Under the pieces are notes generated by a model, which was not told the origin of the DNA, did not search any database, and saw only the letters and a list, made by a program, of their open reading frames with translations. Of a stretch of DNA of 64,000 nt, positions 1 through 10,153 are shown piece by piece. The position numbers were made by a program, and so were the translations under genes. How positions within the stretch are numbered: the stretch's first letter is position 1; each line of letters starts with the position of its first letter. The DNA is from Lachnospiraceae bacterium (GTDB lineage Bacteria > Bacillota > Clostridia > Lachnospirales > Lachnospiraceae): contig JAEEOO010000011.1 of the NCBI GenBank assembly GCA_016284315.1, forward strand, positions 34,106-98,105, read 5' to 3'.

Positions 1-45
1 AAACCTCGCTACGCCTTTTAAAAAACCATTTATCACCGGCATCAC

Positions 46-789
46 TTAACCCTTTCTGCCATAAGGTCCCACATTGGGATCGTCCCAGTTAAGATTGATG
101 ATGCGCTCAAAGGTATTGTGTCCCAGCATGGGGATTGCAAGCTTTTTAAGAGTCTCCTCGCCGACTTTTCCGGTTTCCGCAAACTCTTTGCCGGCTTCGG
201 TATATCTCTCAAGATATTTAACAACCTTTGACTGCAGTGTCTCTTCGGCGATCATTCCGCCCTGAGCGCAGGTGATCAAAGTATAATTACCTTCTCCGCA
301 GATGATATCATACTGCTGCTTGATAGGTCCGTAGCAGCCTTCTGTCTTCTCATATCCGCAACTGGAAACAAGAACCAGCTTCTTCTGCATAAGCTCGGGA
401 TAACGCATCTTGTGAAGGAAGCTTCCGCTTTCCTCATTTCCGCCGATACCTCTGTACTCCGATACATAGGAGATCATTCTGTCCACAAAGGCCTTCATTT
501 TGGAAGGCTGGCCAAAGAAATAGAGAGGAAAGCTCTCGATAATGATATCACTGGCCATTACGAGATCTCTGATCTCATCCATATCATCATGGATCACGCA
601 TTTGCCCTTTTCATTCTTCCAGCAGCAAAGGCAACCCAGGCAATGTTCAATTTTCTTATCTCTGAGAGCAACTTCCGTAACTTCCGCGTCAGGGTTAACT
701 TCCTGTATACCGCGGATGAAGGCATGCGCCACCTTTAATGAGGAGCTTCTGTCTCCGCGAAGGCTTCCGTTTAAGAGCAAAATCTTCAT
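46..789 (-). CDS. Flavodoxin-like NADPH-dependent FMN reductase / iron-sulfur flavoprotein family
   Basis: MKILLLNGSLRG N-terminus, CLGCLCCW..C Cys cluster, SDIIIESFPLY motif; start moved to ATG 789 with GGAG RBS. Confidence 0.8.
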   Translation of the reverse strand: MKILLLNGSLRGDRSSSLKVAHAFIRGIQEVNPDAEVTEVALRDKKIEHCLGCLCCWKNEKGKCVIHDDMDEIRDLVMASDIIIESFPLYFFGQPSKMKAFVDRMISYVSEYRGIGGNEESGSFLHKMRYPELMQKKLVLVSSCGYEKTEGCYGPIKQQYDIICGEGNYTLITCAQGGMIAEETLQSKVVKYLERYTEAGKEFAETGKVGEETLKKLAIPMLGHNTFERIINLNWDDPNVGPYGRKG

Positions 790-1035
790 AAAAATCTCCA
801 AACAAAGCATGCTCCTAAAGCCATTTTTCGCAATTTTTAAAGCAAAAAACATTCCGTCAGAGCACACTACAACGACTTATTTTCTCACAAAATCCCCTTT
901 TAGGCAACCCAAAAAAACTTTTTTTACCCCTTTGAGTTTCTGGTTTCCTTATGTTCCGCGGTTTTCGGGATTTTTGGGAGGTGCGCTTTAGAAAAGTTTT
1001 ATATATTGCTTTGTGAAAAACTCCGGTCAATGGGC

Positions 1036-1075
1036 AAAATAAAAGGTTCGGGTCACATTGCGATCCGAACCTTTT
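1036..1075 (-). terminator. Rho-independent terminator of liv operon
   Basis: AAAAGGTTCGG..CCGAACCTTTT inverted repeat with T-tract just after livF stop. Confidence 0.75.
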
Positions 1076-1094
1076 GGATATACGTATTTAAATA

Positions 1095-1808
1095 TCAACC
1101 ACCCAGATATGCCTTCTTTACGCTGTCATCGGAAAGAAGTTCTTTTCCGCTTCCGGAATTTACGATCTTACCTGTCTCAAGGACGTAGGCTCTGTCAGCG
1201 ATGGCAAGAGCTTTTCTTGCGTTCTGTTCTACGAGAAGGATGGTGGTTCCGTGAGCATGAAGGTTCTTGATGATATCAAAGATCTGGTCAACAAGAATGG
1301 GCGCAAGTCCCATGGAAGGCTCATCAAGCATCATAAGCTCAGGCTTACTCATAAGAGCTCTTCCCATGGCCAGCATCTGCTGCTCACCACCTGAGAGGGT
1401 TCCCGCAACCTGCTTGTATCTTTCCTTAAGCCTGGGGAAAAGATCGTAGACCATCTCGATGGAGTCGGCTACTTCCCTGCCCGGTCTTGTGTATGCACCC
1501 ATCTCAAGGTTTTCCTTAACGGAAAGCTGAAGAAATACTCTTCTTCCTTCAGGGCAGAGAGCCATTCCCTGTTTAACGATCTTGTGAGCAGGTATTCCAA
1601 CAAGATTCTTATCCTTGAAAACAATGCTGCCGGTCTTGGGCTTTAAAAGTCCCGCCACAGTGTTAAGGCTCGTGGATTTTCCCGCACCGTTTGCTCCGAT
1701 AAGGGTAACGATCTCACCTTCGTTTACTTCAAATGAGATACCCTTTATCGCATGGATGCTTCCGTAATATACATTTAAATCTTCTACTTTCAGTAGTGTC
1801 TTTGCCAT
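1095..1808 (-). CDS. livF: Branched-chain amino acid ABC transporter ATP-binding protein
   Basis: Walker A GANGAGKST, LSGGEQQMLAMGRALM, DEPSMGLAP. Confidence 0.93.
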   Translation of the reverse strand: MAKTLLKVEDLNVYYGSIHAIKGISFEVNEGEIVTLIGANGAGKSTSLNTVAGLLKPKTGSIVFKDKNLVGIPAHKIVKQGMALCPEGRRVFLQLSVKENLEMGAYTRPGREVADSIEMVYDLFPRLKERYKQVAGTLSGGEQQMLAMGRALMSKPELMMLDEPSMGLAPILVDQIFDIIKNLHAHGTTILLVEQNARKALAIADRAYVLETGKIVNSGSGKELLSDDSVKKAYLGG

Positions 1809-1835
1809 TTTTAATCCTATCCTTTGGTTATTTCT

Positions 1836-2684
1836 TTACTCTTCTCCCTGGCTTCCGAGGTATGCCTCGATAACCTTTGGATTGTTTTGGATCTCGATGG
1901 GAGTACCTTTTGCAATTATCTTACCAAAGTTTAAAACAATGATATTCTCGCAGATACCCATTACCAGTTTCATATCATGTTCAATAAGAAGAACTGCGAT
2001 GTTAAAGGTGTCGCGGATCTTTCTGATATTGTTCATGAGTTCCTCTGTCTCAGAGGGGTTCATACCTGCTGCCGGCTCGTCGAGAAGAAGAACCTTGGGA
2101 TTGGTTGCAAGAGCACGAACGATCTCAAGTCTTCTCTGGGCTCCGTAAGGAAGTGAAGATGCTTTAACATCAGCAAGGTCTGCCATATCAAAGATATCAA
2201 GAAGCTCAAGTGCTTTATCATGAGCCTTTTTTTCTTCTTTCCAATAACCGGGAAGTCTCAATACTGCGGAAGGGAGATGATAACCAATGGAGTTATGAAG
2301 TCCAATCTTAACATTCTCTTCTACAGTAAGTTTGTCAAATAATCTGATGTTCTGGAAGGTTCTTGCGATACCTGCCTGGTTAGCCTGAGTGGTGTTCATG
2401 CCGTGAGTGTCTTTTCCATCCAGCATGATAACTCCTCTTGTGGGCTGATAAACCTTTGTAAGAAGGTTAAATACCGTTGTCTTACCCGCACCGTTGGGTC
2501 CGATGAGTCCACCGATCTCGGTAGCACCAATGGCTATATTGAATTCATCTACCGCAGTAAGTCCGCCAAAATCGATTCCAAGATGACTTGCCTCAAGCAC
2601 AGGACGTTTGTCCTTGTCACGCTCGGGAATTTTTCCGGGGCCGGGTACTTCAACATATTTTGTCTCATTGGGGTTGTTACTCAT
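1836..2684 (-). CDS. livG: Branched-chain amino acid ABC transporter ATP-binding protein
   Basis: GPNGAGKTT, RTFQNIRLF, LPYGAQRRLEIVRALA, DEPAAGMN. Confidence 0.93.
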   Translation of the reverse strand: MSNNPNETKYVEVPGPGKIPERDKDKRPVLEASHLGIDFGGLTAVDEFNIAIGATEIGGLIGPNGAGKTTVFNLLTKVYQPTRGVIMLDGKDTHGMNTTQANQAGIARTFQNIRLFDKLTVEENVKIGLHNSIGYHLPSAVLRLPGYWKEEKKAHDKALELLDIFDMADLADVKASSLPYGAQRRLEIVRALATNPKVLLLDEPAAGMNPSETEELMNNIRKIRDTFNIAVLLIEHDMKLVMGICENIIVLNFGKIIAKGTPIEIQNNPKVIEAYLGSQGEE

Positions 2685-3759
2685 TTACCTCGCCCCCTTT
2701 CTTTCTCGTAAAGCTCTTCGCCACTCGTTTCCACAGTGCCCTGATCTTTTCATTATTGGTAGCGATCATGACAAGGATAAGAACAATAGCATAAACGAGC
2801 ATACGATAATCCTGGAACTGTCTTAAGAGTTCAGGAAGGACTGTCAGGACTGCTGCCGCGATTATTGAACCGGTCATGTTACCGATACCGCCGAGAACGA
2901 CAAATACCAGCACAAGGATCGAAGTATTGAAATCAAACTTCTTAGGTGCAACAGTTGAATAATTCAATCCGTATAATACTCCTGCAGCGCCTGCCATAAC
3001 AGCAGAGCTTACAAAAGCGATCATCTTGTATTTTGTAACATTGATTCCGGATGCCTCTGCAGCAATTCGGTTATCTCTTATTGCCATGATGGCACGTCCT
3101 GTCCTGCTGTTGACCATGTTCTGGATAACAAAAAGCACGAGGATGATAAGAATTATTCCCGCAATGAAAGTAGAAGCTTTTGAAACTCCTACAGCTCCCA
3201 TGGGACCGCGCACCAGTGTGGTTCCGTTTGCAGCCATATCCATATGAGCTTCATCAGTAACGGAGAAGTGAAGTCCCTTTGCATCAACGCCTACATATAA
3301 GCAGTTAAGAATATTCTTAATGATCTCACCGAATGCAAGTGTAACGATTGCAAGATAGTCTCCGCGAAGTCTAAGTACGGGAATACCGATCAGGATACCT
3401 GCGATTCCTGCCATGATAGCGCCTACGATAACGGCAACGATAAGTCTGGGAGCATTGGCATTAACTCCGCTGTACTTCATTGCTCCCGCAACGATTATTC
3501 CGCTGAATGCGCCTACGCTCATAAATCCCGCATGGCCCAGTGAAAGCTCACCGGAAATACCTACAACAAGGTTTAATGAAAGAGCCATGATGATATATGC
3601 GCAAATGGGTATCAGCTGACCTTCAAGCGCGTTGGTCAGAAGTCCGGCGCTCTTAAGCAGCGTGATAACCGCAAAAAATACTACAATTATTCCGTAGTTG
3701 ATAAGACCTCTTAATGAGTGCTTGTTTGTTTTTCCAAGAAGGCGAATCTTTTCTCCCAT
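2677..3759 (-). CDS. livM: Branched-chain amino acid ABC transporter permease
   Basis: SLGHAGF, LRLRGDYLAIVTLAFGEI, multiple TM helices. Confidence 0.92.
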   Translation of the reverse strand: MGEKIRLLGKTNKHSLRGLINYGIIVVFFAVITLLKSAGLLTNALEGQLIPICAYIIMALSLNLVVGISGELSLGHAGFMSVGAFSGIIVAGAMKYSGVNANAPRLIVAVIVGAIMAGIAGILIGIPVLRLRGDYLAIVTLAFGEIIKNILNCLYVGVDAKGLHFSVTDEAHMDMAANGTTLVRGPMGAVGVSKASTFIAGIILIILVLFVIQNMVNSRTGRAIMAIRDNRIAAEASGINVTKYKMIAFVSSAVMAGAAGVLYGLNYSTVAPKKFDFNTSILVLVFVVLGGIGNMTGSIIAAAVLTVLPELLRQFQDYRMLVYAIVLILVMIATNNEKIRALWKRVAKSFTRKKGGEVNE

Positions 3760-3770
3760 AATGCACCTCC

Positions 3771-4643
3771 TTAGACTTTTTCCTGGATCTTCTTGCCGAG
3801 AAGTCCACTGGGTTTAACGATAAGTACTATGATAAGTGCGGCAAACACTATAGCGTCAGAAAGCTGGGTAGAGATATATGCCTGGGCAAACTTTTCAAGA
3901 ACTCCAAGAAGGATTCCTCCAAGCATTGCTCCGGGAATAGATCCGATACCGCCAAGAACCGCTGCTGTGAAGGCTTTGATTCCGGGCATGGATCCAGTTG
4001 TTGGAACAAGATTGGGATATGCAGAGCAGAGAAGCACGCCTGCAATTGCAGCAAGTCCCGAACCAATGGCAAATGTGGTTGAGATTGTCGCATTGACATT
4101 GATACCCATAAGCTGAGCTGCACCCTTATCTTCAGATACTGCGCGCATCGCTTTTCCCATCTTAGTCTTACTTGTAAATAAAGTAAGAGCGATCATTATG
4201 ATCACACTGGCAATGATGGTAATGATAGTTGTTGATGAAATGGTGATATCACCAACGATTATTGAAGGTATGAAGTTTGCCATGTTGGGAAATGCCTTAG
4301 GATTTGATGTCCAGATGATGAGTGCCATATTCTGAAGGAAGTATGACACACCGATAGCAGTAATAAGAACTGCAAGGCTTGTGGCATTTCGAAGGGGCTT
4401 ATATGCAAGTTTCTCTATGAGGATACCGAGTATCGTACAAATGCACATAGAAAACACAACGGCAACAGGAGCAGGCCAGCCGAAATATGTTCCTGCGCAA
4501 AAGGCAGCATATCCTCCGACCATTATGACATCGCCGTGTGCAAAGTTAAGCATCTTCGCAATTCCATAAACCATTGTATATCCCAGCGCTATGATAGCGT
4601 AAACACTACCAAGGCTGATTCCGCTGATAAGATAATTTAACAT
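3771..4643 (-). CDS. livH: Branched-chain amino acid ABC transporter permease
   Basis: ALGYTMVYGIAKMLNFAHGD, KAFTAAVLGGIGSIPGA. Confidence 0.93.
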   Translation of the reverse strand: MLNYLISGISLGSVYAIIALGYTMVYGIAKMLNFAHGDVIMVGGYAAFCAGTYFGWPAPVAVVFSMCICTILGILIEKLAYKPLRNATSLAVLITAIGVSYFLQNMALIIWTSNPKAFPNMANFIPSIIVGDITISSTTIITIIASVIIMIALTLFTSKTKMGKAMRAVSEDKGAAQLMGINVNATISTTFAIGSGLAAIAGVLLCSAYPNLVPTTGSMPGIKAFTAAVLGGIGSIPGAMLGGILLGVLEKFAQAYISTQLSDAIVFAALIIVLIVKPSGLLGKKIQEKV

Positions 4644-4725
4644 TATTTTCCCCTGAATTTTTATAATATAACCGGGACCACCGGAATATTAGGTGGCCCC
4701 GGCTTTAAATTATTTTAGGTATAGA

Positions 4726-5946
4726 TTAGAGGCCTACATATACGCCGTTCTTGATGACCATTCCCTTAGGAGCCTTGTTAACTTCTCCGTTTGCAGACCA
4801 CTGCATCTTCTCACCGGTAACACCGTCTACTGAGAATTCGGGATCTGAAAGAACTGAGATGAAGATCTCGCAAAGGTCTTTGCTTGAAAGCTTATCAACA
4901 TCAAGTCCGCCGTTCTTTGCTGCATAGAACTTAAGTGCCTCGTAAAGAACCTTAGGGCAATCATATCCGTCAGCTGCGAACTGGATGGGAGTCTCACCAT
5001 ATGCTGCTTCGAACTTGGTTACGAAGTTTACGGTGAGATCATCGGTAGCGTCAGCTGCAAAAGGAGTAAGAAGGATTACATCCTCAGCAAGAGAAGCATC
5101 GAATCCTTCGATTCCAAGGATACCGTCCATGCCATCTACGCCAAAGAAGGTGGGAGCATATCCCATTGACTTAGCCTGTGAAAGGATAAGTGCCGCAGGA
5201 GTGTAGTAGATGGGAAGGAATACAAGGTCAGCGCCCTTGTCCTTAGCTTCGGTAAGCTGTACGGTGAAGTCGTTGTCGCTTCCGTCCATGAAAGTGGTCT
5301 CGGATACGATCTCAAGTCCGAGTTCCTCAGCCTTAGCCTTGAAGGTCTGATAGATACCGGTTGAGTATGCATCGTCGTTCTTATAAATAATAGCTACCTT
5401 GGTAGCAAGCCCGTTTGTAGAAATGTACTGTGCGGATGCTGAACCCTGGTTAGGATCTGAGAAGCAAAGCTGATAGGTCTGATCCTTGTTTGCGGTTACA
5501 TCAGCAGCAGAAGCTGAAGGGGTAAGCATGAAGATACGATCGGTATTAGCCTCTGAGCTAACTGCGATACAAGGAGTGGTGGTAACGGTACCAACGATAA
5601 CCTGTACGCCCCAGTCCTTAAGCTGGTTATAAGCGTTTACTGACTTCTCTGCGTCATGCTCATCATCCTGAGCCTTGTACTCGATCTGGAAATCACTGCT
5701 GATAGCGTTGATCTCGTCAACTGCGATCTTTGCACCATTGTCTACTGCATTTCCGTAAAGTGCTGCTGCACCGGTAAGGGGTCCGATGAGTCCTACCTTA
5801 AGGGTTCCCTTGAGGCTTCCGTCCTCGGTGGGAGCTGTTGCAAGTTCACCGCTTTGTGAAGCGCCACCTGCAGTTCCTGCTCCGCATGCTGCAAGGCTGA
5901 GTGCCATTACGCCTGCAAGAACTACTGAAAGTAATTTCTTTTTCAT
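4726..5946 (-). CDS. Branched-chain amino acid ABC transporter substrate-binding lipoprotein (LivK/LivJ family)
   Basis: Lipobox LAAC after MKKK signal peptide, GLIGPLTG motif; start at ATG 5946 with GGAGG RBS. Confidence 0.88.
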   Translation of the reverse strand: MKKKLLSVVLAGVMALSLAACGAGTAGGASQSGELATAPTEDGSLKGTLKVGLIGPLTGAAALYGNAVDNGAKIAVDEINAISSDFQIEYKAQDDEHDAEKSVNAYNQLKDWGVQVIVGTVTTTPCIAVSSEANTDRIFMLTPSASAADVTANKDQTYQLCFSDPNQGSASAQYISTNGLATKVAIIYKNDDAYSTGIYQTFKAKAEELGLEIVSETTFMDGSDNDFTVQLTEAKDKGADLVFLPIYYTPAALILSQAKSMGYAPTFFGVDGMDGILGIEGFDASLAEDVILLTPFAADATDDLTVNFVTKFEAAYGETPIQFAADGYDCPKVLYEALKFYAAKNGGLDVDKLSSKDLCEIFISVLSDPEFSVDGVTGEKMQWSANGEVNKAPKGMVIKNGVYVGL

Positions 5947-6076
5947 AATCTTTTCCTCCAATTGTTTATTAGCCCGGGTGGATTGCATTTTTATGCATCG
6001 GTTTTTAGTCCGCTCTCCATTTTTAGACAAAAAGCCTTCCTGCTTCGGAAGGCCCCCATTGGCTTTTATAAGTGGA

Positions 6077-6105
6077 ATTTTAAGAGATTTATTCTGATTT
6101 GTCAA
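6077..6105 (-). promoter_or_regulatory. Sigma-A promoter of liv operon
   Basis: TTGACA-17 nt-TAAAAT on minus strand. Confidence 0.7.
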
Positions 6106-6128
6106 CAAGAAATATACATGTATACAAT

Positions 6129-6159
6129 AATAATCCCTCGCAAAGCACGAGGGATTATT
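6129..6159 (-). terminator. Terminator of GGDEF gene
   Basis: AATAATCCCTCG/CGAGGGATTATT perfect 12-bp stem. Confidence 0.65.
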
Positions 6160-6192
6160 CACAAAATTAGAGTATTTATTTAAATTCCGACA

Positions 6193-7497
6193 TTACTGCG
6201 CTTCTTCCGTAATATCTGCTACAATACGGTTTCGTCCATTTTCCTTGGCCTCATAAAGCTTTTCGTCCGCGATCTTGATAAGGTCGTCCTGATCAAGTTC
6301 AGGTCTTGATGCGATACCGAAGCTCATGGTTATCTTAATTGTGTTTCCGTCGTAGTCCAATTCCTGTTCACGGATCTCATCAGCAATTTCATGTAATTTT
6401 TTAACCGCCGCGGTGAGTTCCATTCTATCGAATACCAATAGGAATTCTTCGCCGCCCCATCTTGATGCAAAGCCGATGGGCATCATGTTCTTCTGAAGGA
6501 TGCTTGCAACGATCATCAGAACTTCATCACCTACGTCATGACCATATGTGTCATTGAACTTTTTAAAGAAGTCAATATCACCAATGGCAATCGAATAAGG
6601 AATTCCATCGCTCTCATAGTGGGAACGCACAAGATCCAGCATTCTGTTTGCACTTCTTCTGTTATAAAGCTTTGTCAAAGCGTCTTTGTCCATCATATCC
6701 CTGAGGGAACGGTGCATCTTAACAACGGACTGGGCTATGATTCCATATTCATCATCACGTGCAAGGATCTCCTGATCCAGTTCTACTCCGTCGTGACCCG
6801 CTTCAGCATCCTCAGTAAACTTAATGAGCTTTTTAAGGGCTTTGTCCGTGCCGCTACTATTAACATATATAAGATAAACAAGAAGGATCATTACTGCCAA
6901 GATCATTCCTGTGATTATCATTACCGGGCGCCAAGCCAAAATAGATACTCTGTCATGGGGATAGCAGATCTCCAGGGCACCGGCAAAACTTCCGTCGGAA
7001 TTAAAAAGAGGATAATAATAGGTAAAGTAGTTTGACTTGTTGATCAGCGTCTTTTTGTAAAGGATGCCTTCTTCCGAAGTTCCCAGTTTTTGATTCACCT
7101 GATCTGCAAGACCGGTGCCCACTATTCTTGAATCATACTTGTCCTTAATAGTGGTAAGGATTCTTGTATCCTTATATATAAGGCTGACCTCAAGATCGGT
7201 AATGCCCTTGGGACGGTCCACCAATTCATTATCCTGAGTTATATCCGTTTCGCCCTTATAAAGCCTTAGCCCCCCATCGTCTACCAACTTGTAGTCTCCG
7301 GGAAAGATCGCATCAATTGTATCAGCAGTCATAGCTGCGGTGGTCATCATTTCTTTTTCAACCTGTTGGGATAATGAGGATAGGATAAGATTGTATCCGA
7401 TAATAGCTGTAGCTGCCGCAAGAAGAAGAGTCGGAACAATTACTATTGTGAGAAGTATTTGTGATCTTGTATTTTTAACTCTGCTTTCTGATGACAT
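6193..7497 (-). CDS. Membrane diguanylate cyclase (Cache-like sensor, HAMP-like linker, GGDEF)
   Basis: Two TM segments; DALTKLYNRR, DIDFFKKFNDTYGHDVGD, RWGGEEF. Confidence 0.88.
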   Translation of the reverse strand: MSSESRVKNTRSQILLTIVIVPTLLLAAATAIIGYNLILSSLSQQVEKEMMTTAAMTADTIDAIFPGDYKLVDDGGLRLYKGETDITQDNELVDRPKGITDLEVSLIYKDTRILTTIKDKYDSRIVGTGLADQVNQKLGTSEEGILYKKTLINKSNYFTYYYPLFNSDGSFAGALEICYPHDRVSILAWRPVMIITGMILAVMILLVYLIYVNSSGTDKALKKLIKFTEDAEAGHDGVELDQEILARDDEYGIIAQSVVKMHRSLRDMMDKDALTKLYNRRSANRMLDLVRSHYESDGIPYSIAIGDIDFFKKFNDTYGHDVGDEVLMIVASILQKNMMPIGFASRWGGEEFLLVFDRMELTAAVKKLHEIADEIREQELDYDGNTIKITMSFGIASRPELDQDDLIKIADEKLYEAKENGRNRIVADITEEAQ

Positions 7498-7636
7498 ATA
7501 ATTCCTCTCTTGATAAAGAACTATTGTGACATGCAAATAGAACAAAGCATATCGCTCACGATATTGATATTTTCATTATACATCACATTCAGGGAAAAGT
7601 CAGATTTTTTAGATAATTGTGCCGTGATAAAAGCAT

Positions 7637-7699
7637 AAAAATAAGGGTCATAAGGAATTCCATATCAAAAGACGATAGGCAAATGCTTCCTCTGACCCT
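7637..7699 (-). terminator. Long stem-loop with T-tract downstream of nrdD
   Basis: AGGGTCAGAGGAA...TTCCTTATGACCCT followed by TATTTTT on minus strand. Confidence 0.55.
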
Positions 7700-7787
7700 C
7701 GGCACCACTTCAGTTATAACATACTTTTTACAACTGTGGTAGTTAAGATTTGTTTAAGGATTTATAAAGTTGTCAAAATACTAGGCT

Positions 7788-9959
7788 TTAGAGATGCAAA
7801 ACTCTCTCTTTGATCTCCTGAGTTCTGCCCTGATTCCAGAACTGAGTTCCGATATATCCGCAGGTACGTCTTGCAACATTAAGCTTGTTCTGATCCTGGT
7901 TTCCGCAGCTGGGGCATCTCCAGATAAGCTTTCCGTCCTCATTCTCCTTGATCTCGATCTCTCCGTCATAGCCGCATACCTGGCAGTAGTCGCTCTTTGT
8001 ATTAAGCTCTGCGTACATGATGTGATCATAAATGTACTTGATGATTGAAAGAACTGCCTCAAGGTTATCCTGCATATTGGGAACTTCTACGTAAGAGATA
8101 GCTCCTCCGGGTGAAAGTGCCTGGAACTCTGCTTCAAGAGAAAGCTTTGAGAAAGCATCGATCTTCTCGGTAACATGCACATGATAGCTGTTTGTAATGT
8201 AGTTCTTGTCGGTAACACCTTCGATGATTCCGAAACGCTTCTGGAGACACTTTGCAAATTTGTAAGTAGTGCTCTCGAGAGGGGTTCCGTAAAGGGAATA
8301 GTCAATATCCTCTTCAGCCTTCCAGCGCGCGGTGTACTCGTTTAACTTCTTCATGATCTGAAGACCGAGTTCCTTGCCCTGGGGCTCGGTGAGTTTCTTT
8401 CCGATGAGACTGTATACGCACTCCCAAAGTCCTGCATATCCAAGGGAAAGGGTGGAATATCCGCCGTGAAGATACTTGTCGATCTTCTCACCCTTCTTAA
8501 GTCTTAAAAGTGCGCCGTGCTGCCAAAGAATGGGAGCAACGTCTGAAACAGTTCCGGTAAGTCTTTCGTGACGAGCCTGAAGTGCCTTGTGGCAAAGCTT
8601 CATTCTCTCGTCGAAGATCTCCCAGAATCTGTCGAGATTTTTCTCTGCGGAAAGTCCGATATCTACGAGGTTAACGGTAACAACACCCTGGTTGAAACGT
8701 CCGTAATACTTGGGCTTTCCGTTTTCATCAACATAAGGAGTAAGGAAGCTTCTGCAACCCATGCAGGTATAGCAGTGTCCCTCTCCGTTCTTATCAACCT
8801 TGTTCTGGATCATGATCTTCTCTGAGATATAATCGGGAACAAGTCTCTTTGCTGTACATTTAGCTGCAAGCTGAGTCAGATAGTAGTAAGGGCTGTCCTC
8901 TTTGATATTGTCCTCTTCAAGAACATAAATAAGCTTAGGAAATGCGGGAGTGATCCAAACACCCTTCTCATTCTTAACGCCCTCATAGCGCTGCTTAAGC
9001 ATCTCTTCGATGATAAGGGCAAGGTCCTTCTTCTCCTGCTCGTTTCTGGCCTCGTTAAGGTACATGAATACGGTAACGAAAGGAGCCTGGCCGTTGGTGG
9101 TCATAAGAGTAACAACCTGGTACTGAACCATCTGAACACCGTTCTTAACTTCATCGCGAAGTCTCTTGTCGGTGATGCGCTCGATGTCTTCCTCGGTTGC
9201 GTTGAGTCCCTTTAACTCCTCGGTAACCTGAGCACGGATCTTCTTACGGCTTACATCTACGAAAGGTGCAAGGTGGGTAAGGGAAATACTCTGTCCACCG
9301 TACTGGCATGATGCAACCTGTGCAATGATCTGGGTTGCAATGTTACATGCAGTAGAGAAGCTGTGGGGCTTCTCGATCATGGTTCCGCTGATAACGGTTC
9401 CGTTTTGGAGCATATCCTCAAGGTTTACGAGGTCGCAGTTATGCATATGCTGCGCAAAATAATCCGCATCATGGAAGTGGATGATTCCCTGCTCATGAGC
9501 CTGTGCTATATCATTGGGGATAAGGAAACGACGGGTGATATCCTTGCTGACTTCACCTGCCATGTAGTCACGCTGAACGCTGACGATGGTAGGGTTCTTG
9601 TTGGAATTCTCCTGCTTAACCTCTTCGTTGTTGCACTCGATAAGAGAAAGGATCTGTTCGTCGGTAGTATTGGACTTACGAACGAGCTCACGGGTGTAAC
9701 GATAGGTAATATAATGACGCGCAACTTCGAAAGCGCGCTGATTCATTATCTGGTTCTCGACTATATCCTGAATCTCTTCCACGCCAAGAGAACGGTTCAT
9801 GTTTGAGATAGCGATCTCAACGTCTTCCGCAATACGACGGATCTGAAGCTCTGTCATCCTTTCACTGGGAATAACGCTGTTGTTAGCTTTGGTAACAGCT
9901 ATAATGATTTTCTGGCTATCAAACTCAACTTCCGCTCCGCTGCGCTTAATAATCTTCAT
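7788..9959 (-). CDS. nrdD: Anaerobic (class III) ribonucleoside-triphosphate reductase
   Basis: N-terminal ATP cone (IIKRSG), MHNC and MGCRSFL catalytic cysteines, CQVC/CPSC Zn site, RRTCGYIG glycyl loop. Confidence 0.95.
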   Translation of the reverse strand: MKIIKRSGAEVEFDSQKIIIAVTKANNSVIPSERMTELQIRRIAEDVEIAISNMNRSLGVEEIQDIVENQIMNQRAFEVARHYITYRYTRELVRKSNTTDEQILSLIECNNEEVKQENSNKNPTIVSVQRDYMAGEVSKDITRRFLIPNDIAQAHEQGIIHFHDADYFAQHMHNCDLVNLEDMLQNGTVISGTMIEKPHSFSTACNIATQIIAQVASCQYGGQSISLTHLAPFVDVSRKKIRAQVTEELKGLNATEEDIERITDKRLRDEVKNGVQMVQYQVVTLMTTNGQAPFVTVFMYLNEARNEQEKKDLALIIEEMLKQRYEGVKNEKGVWITPAFPKLIYVLEEDNIKEDSPYYYLTQLAAKCTAKRLVPDYISEKIMIQNKVDKNGEGHCYTCMGCRSFLTPYVDENGKPKYYGRFNQGVVTVNLVDIGLSAEKNLDRFWEIFDERMKLCHKALQARHERLTGTVSDVAPILWQHGALLRLKKGEKIDKYLHGGYSTLSLGYAGLWECVYSLIGKKLTEPQGKELGLQIMKKLNEYTARWKAEEDIDYSLYGTPLESTTYKFAKCLQKRFGIIEGVTDKNYITNSYHVHVTEKIDAFSKLSLEAEFQALSPGGAISYVEVPNMQDNLEAVLSIIKYIYDHIMYAELNTKSDYCQVCGYDGEIEIKENEDGKLIWRCPSCGNQDQNKLNVARRTCGYIGTQFWNQGRTQEIKERVLHL

Positions 9960-10043
9960 GTTAGACCTCTCTCCTTTTGTATCTTTATGGGAGTACGACC
10001 CAATAAGTTTACATAAGACGGGCCCAAAAAGAGCGAAACTCTC

Positions 10044-10123
10044 CTCTATATTTGGTGCCCTTCGAGATATTATTCTAACAAGATATAGTGCAGTTGTAAA
10101 TATTCAGTAACAAAATATTGTGT
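10044..10123. promoter_or_regulatory. Tandem NrdR boxes upstream of nrdD
   Basis: ACAAGATATAGTG (10078-10090) and ACAAAATATTGTG (10110-10122) 32 bp apart, plus weaker CTCTATATTTGGTG (10044-10057); resemble the acaCwAtATaTwGtg consensus. Confidence 0.75.
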
Positions 10124-10153
10124 TGAAAATTGCCATTAAAGTTTGTGCAAAAT

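Noticed and set aside
5947-6076. T-box leader for the liv operon
   Set aside because: Leader too short and no GGTGGnACCGCG T-box sequence
7498-7787. c-di-GMP riboswitch upstream of the GGDEF gene
   Set aside because: GGCAAA is on the wrong strand and lacks the rest of the class I or II consensus
7788-9959. Intein or intron in nrdD
   Set aside because: Length and motif spacing are ordinary, with no insertion
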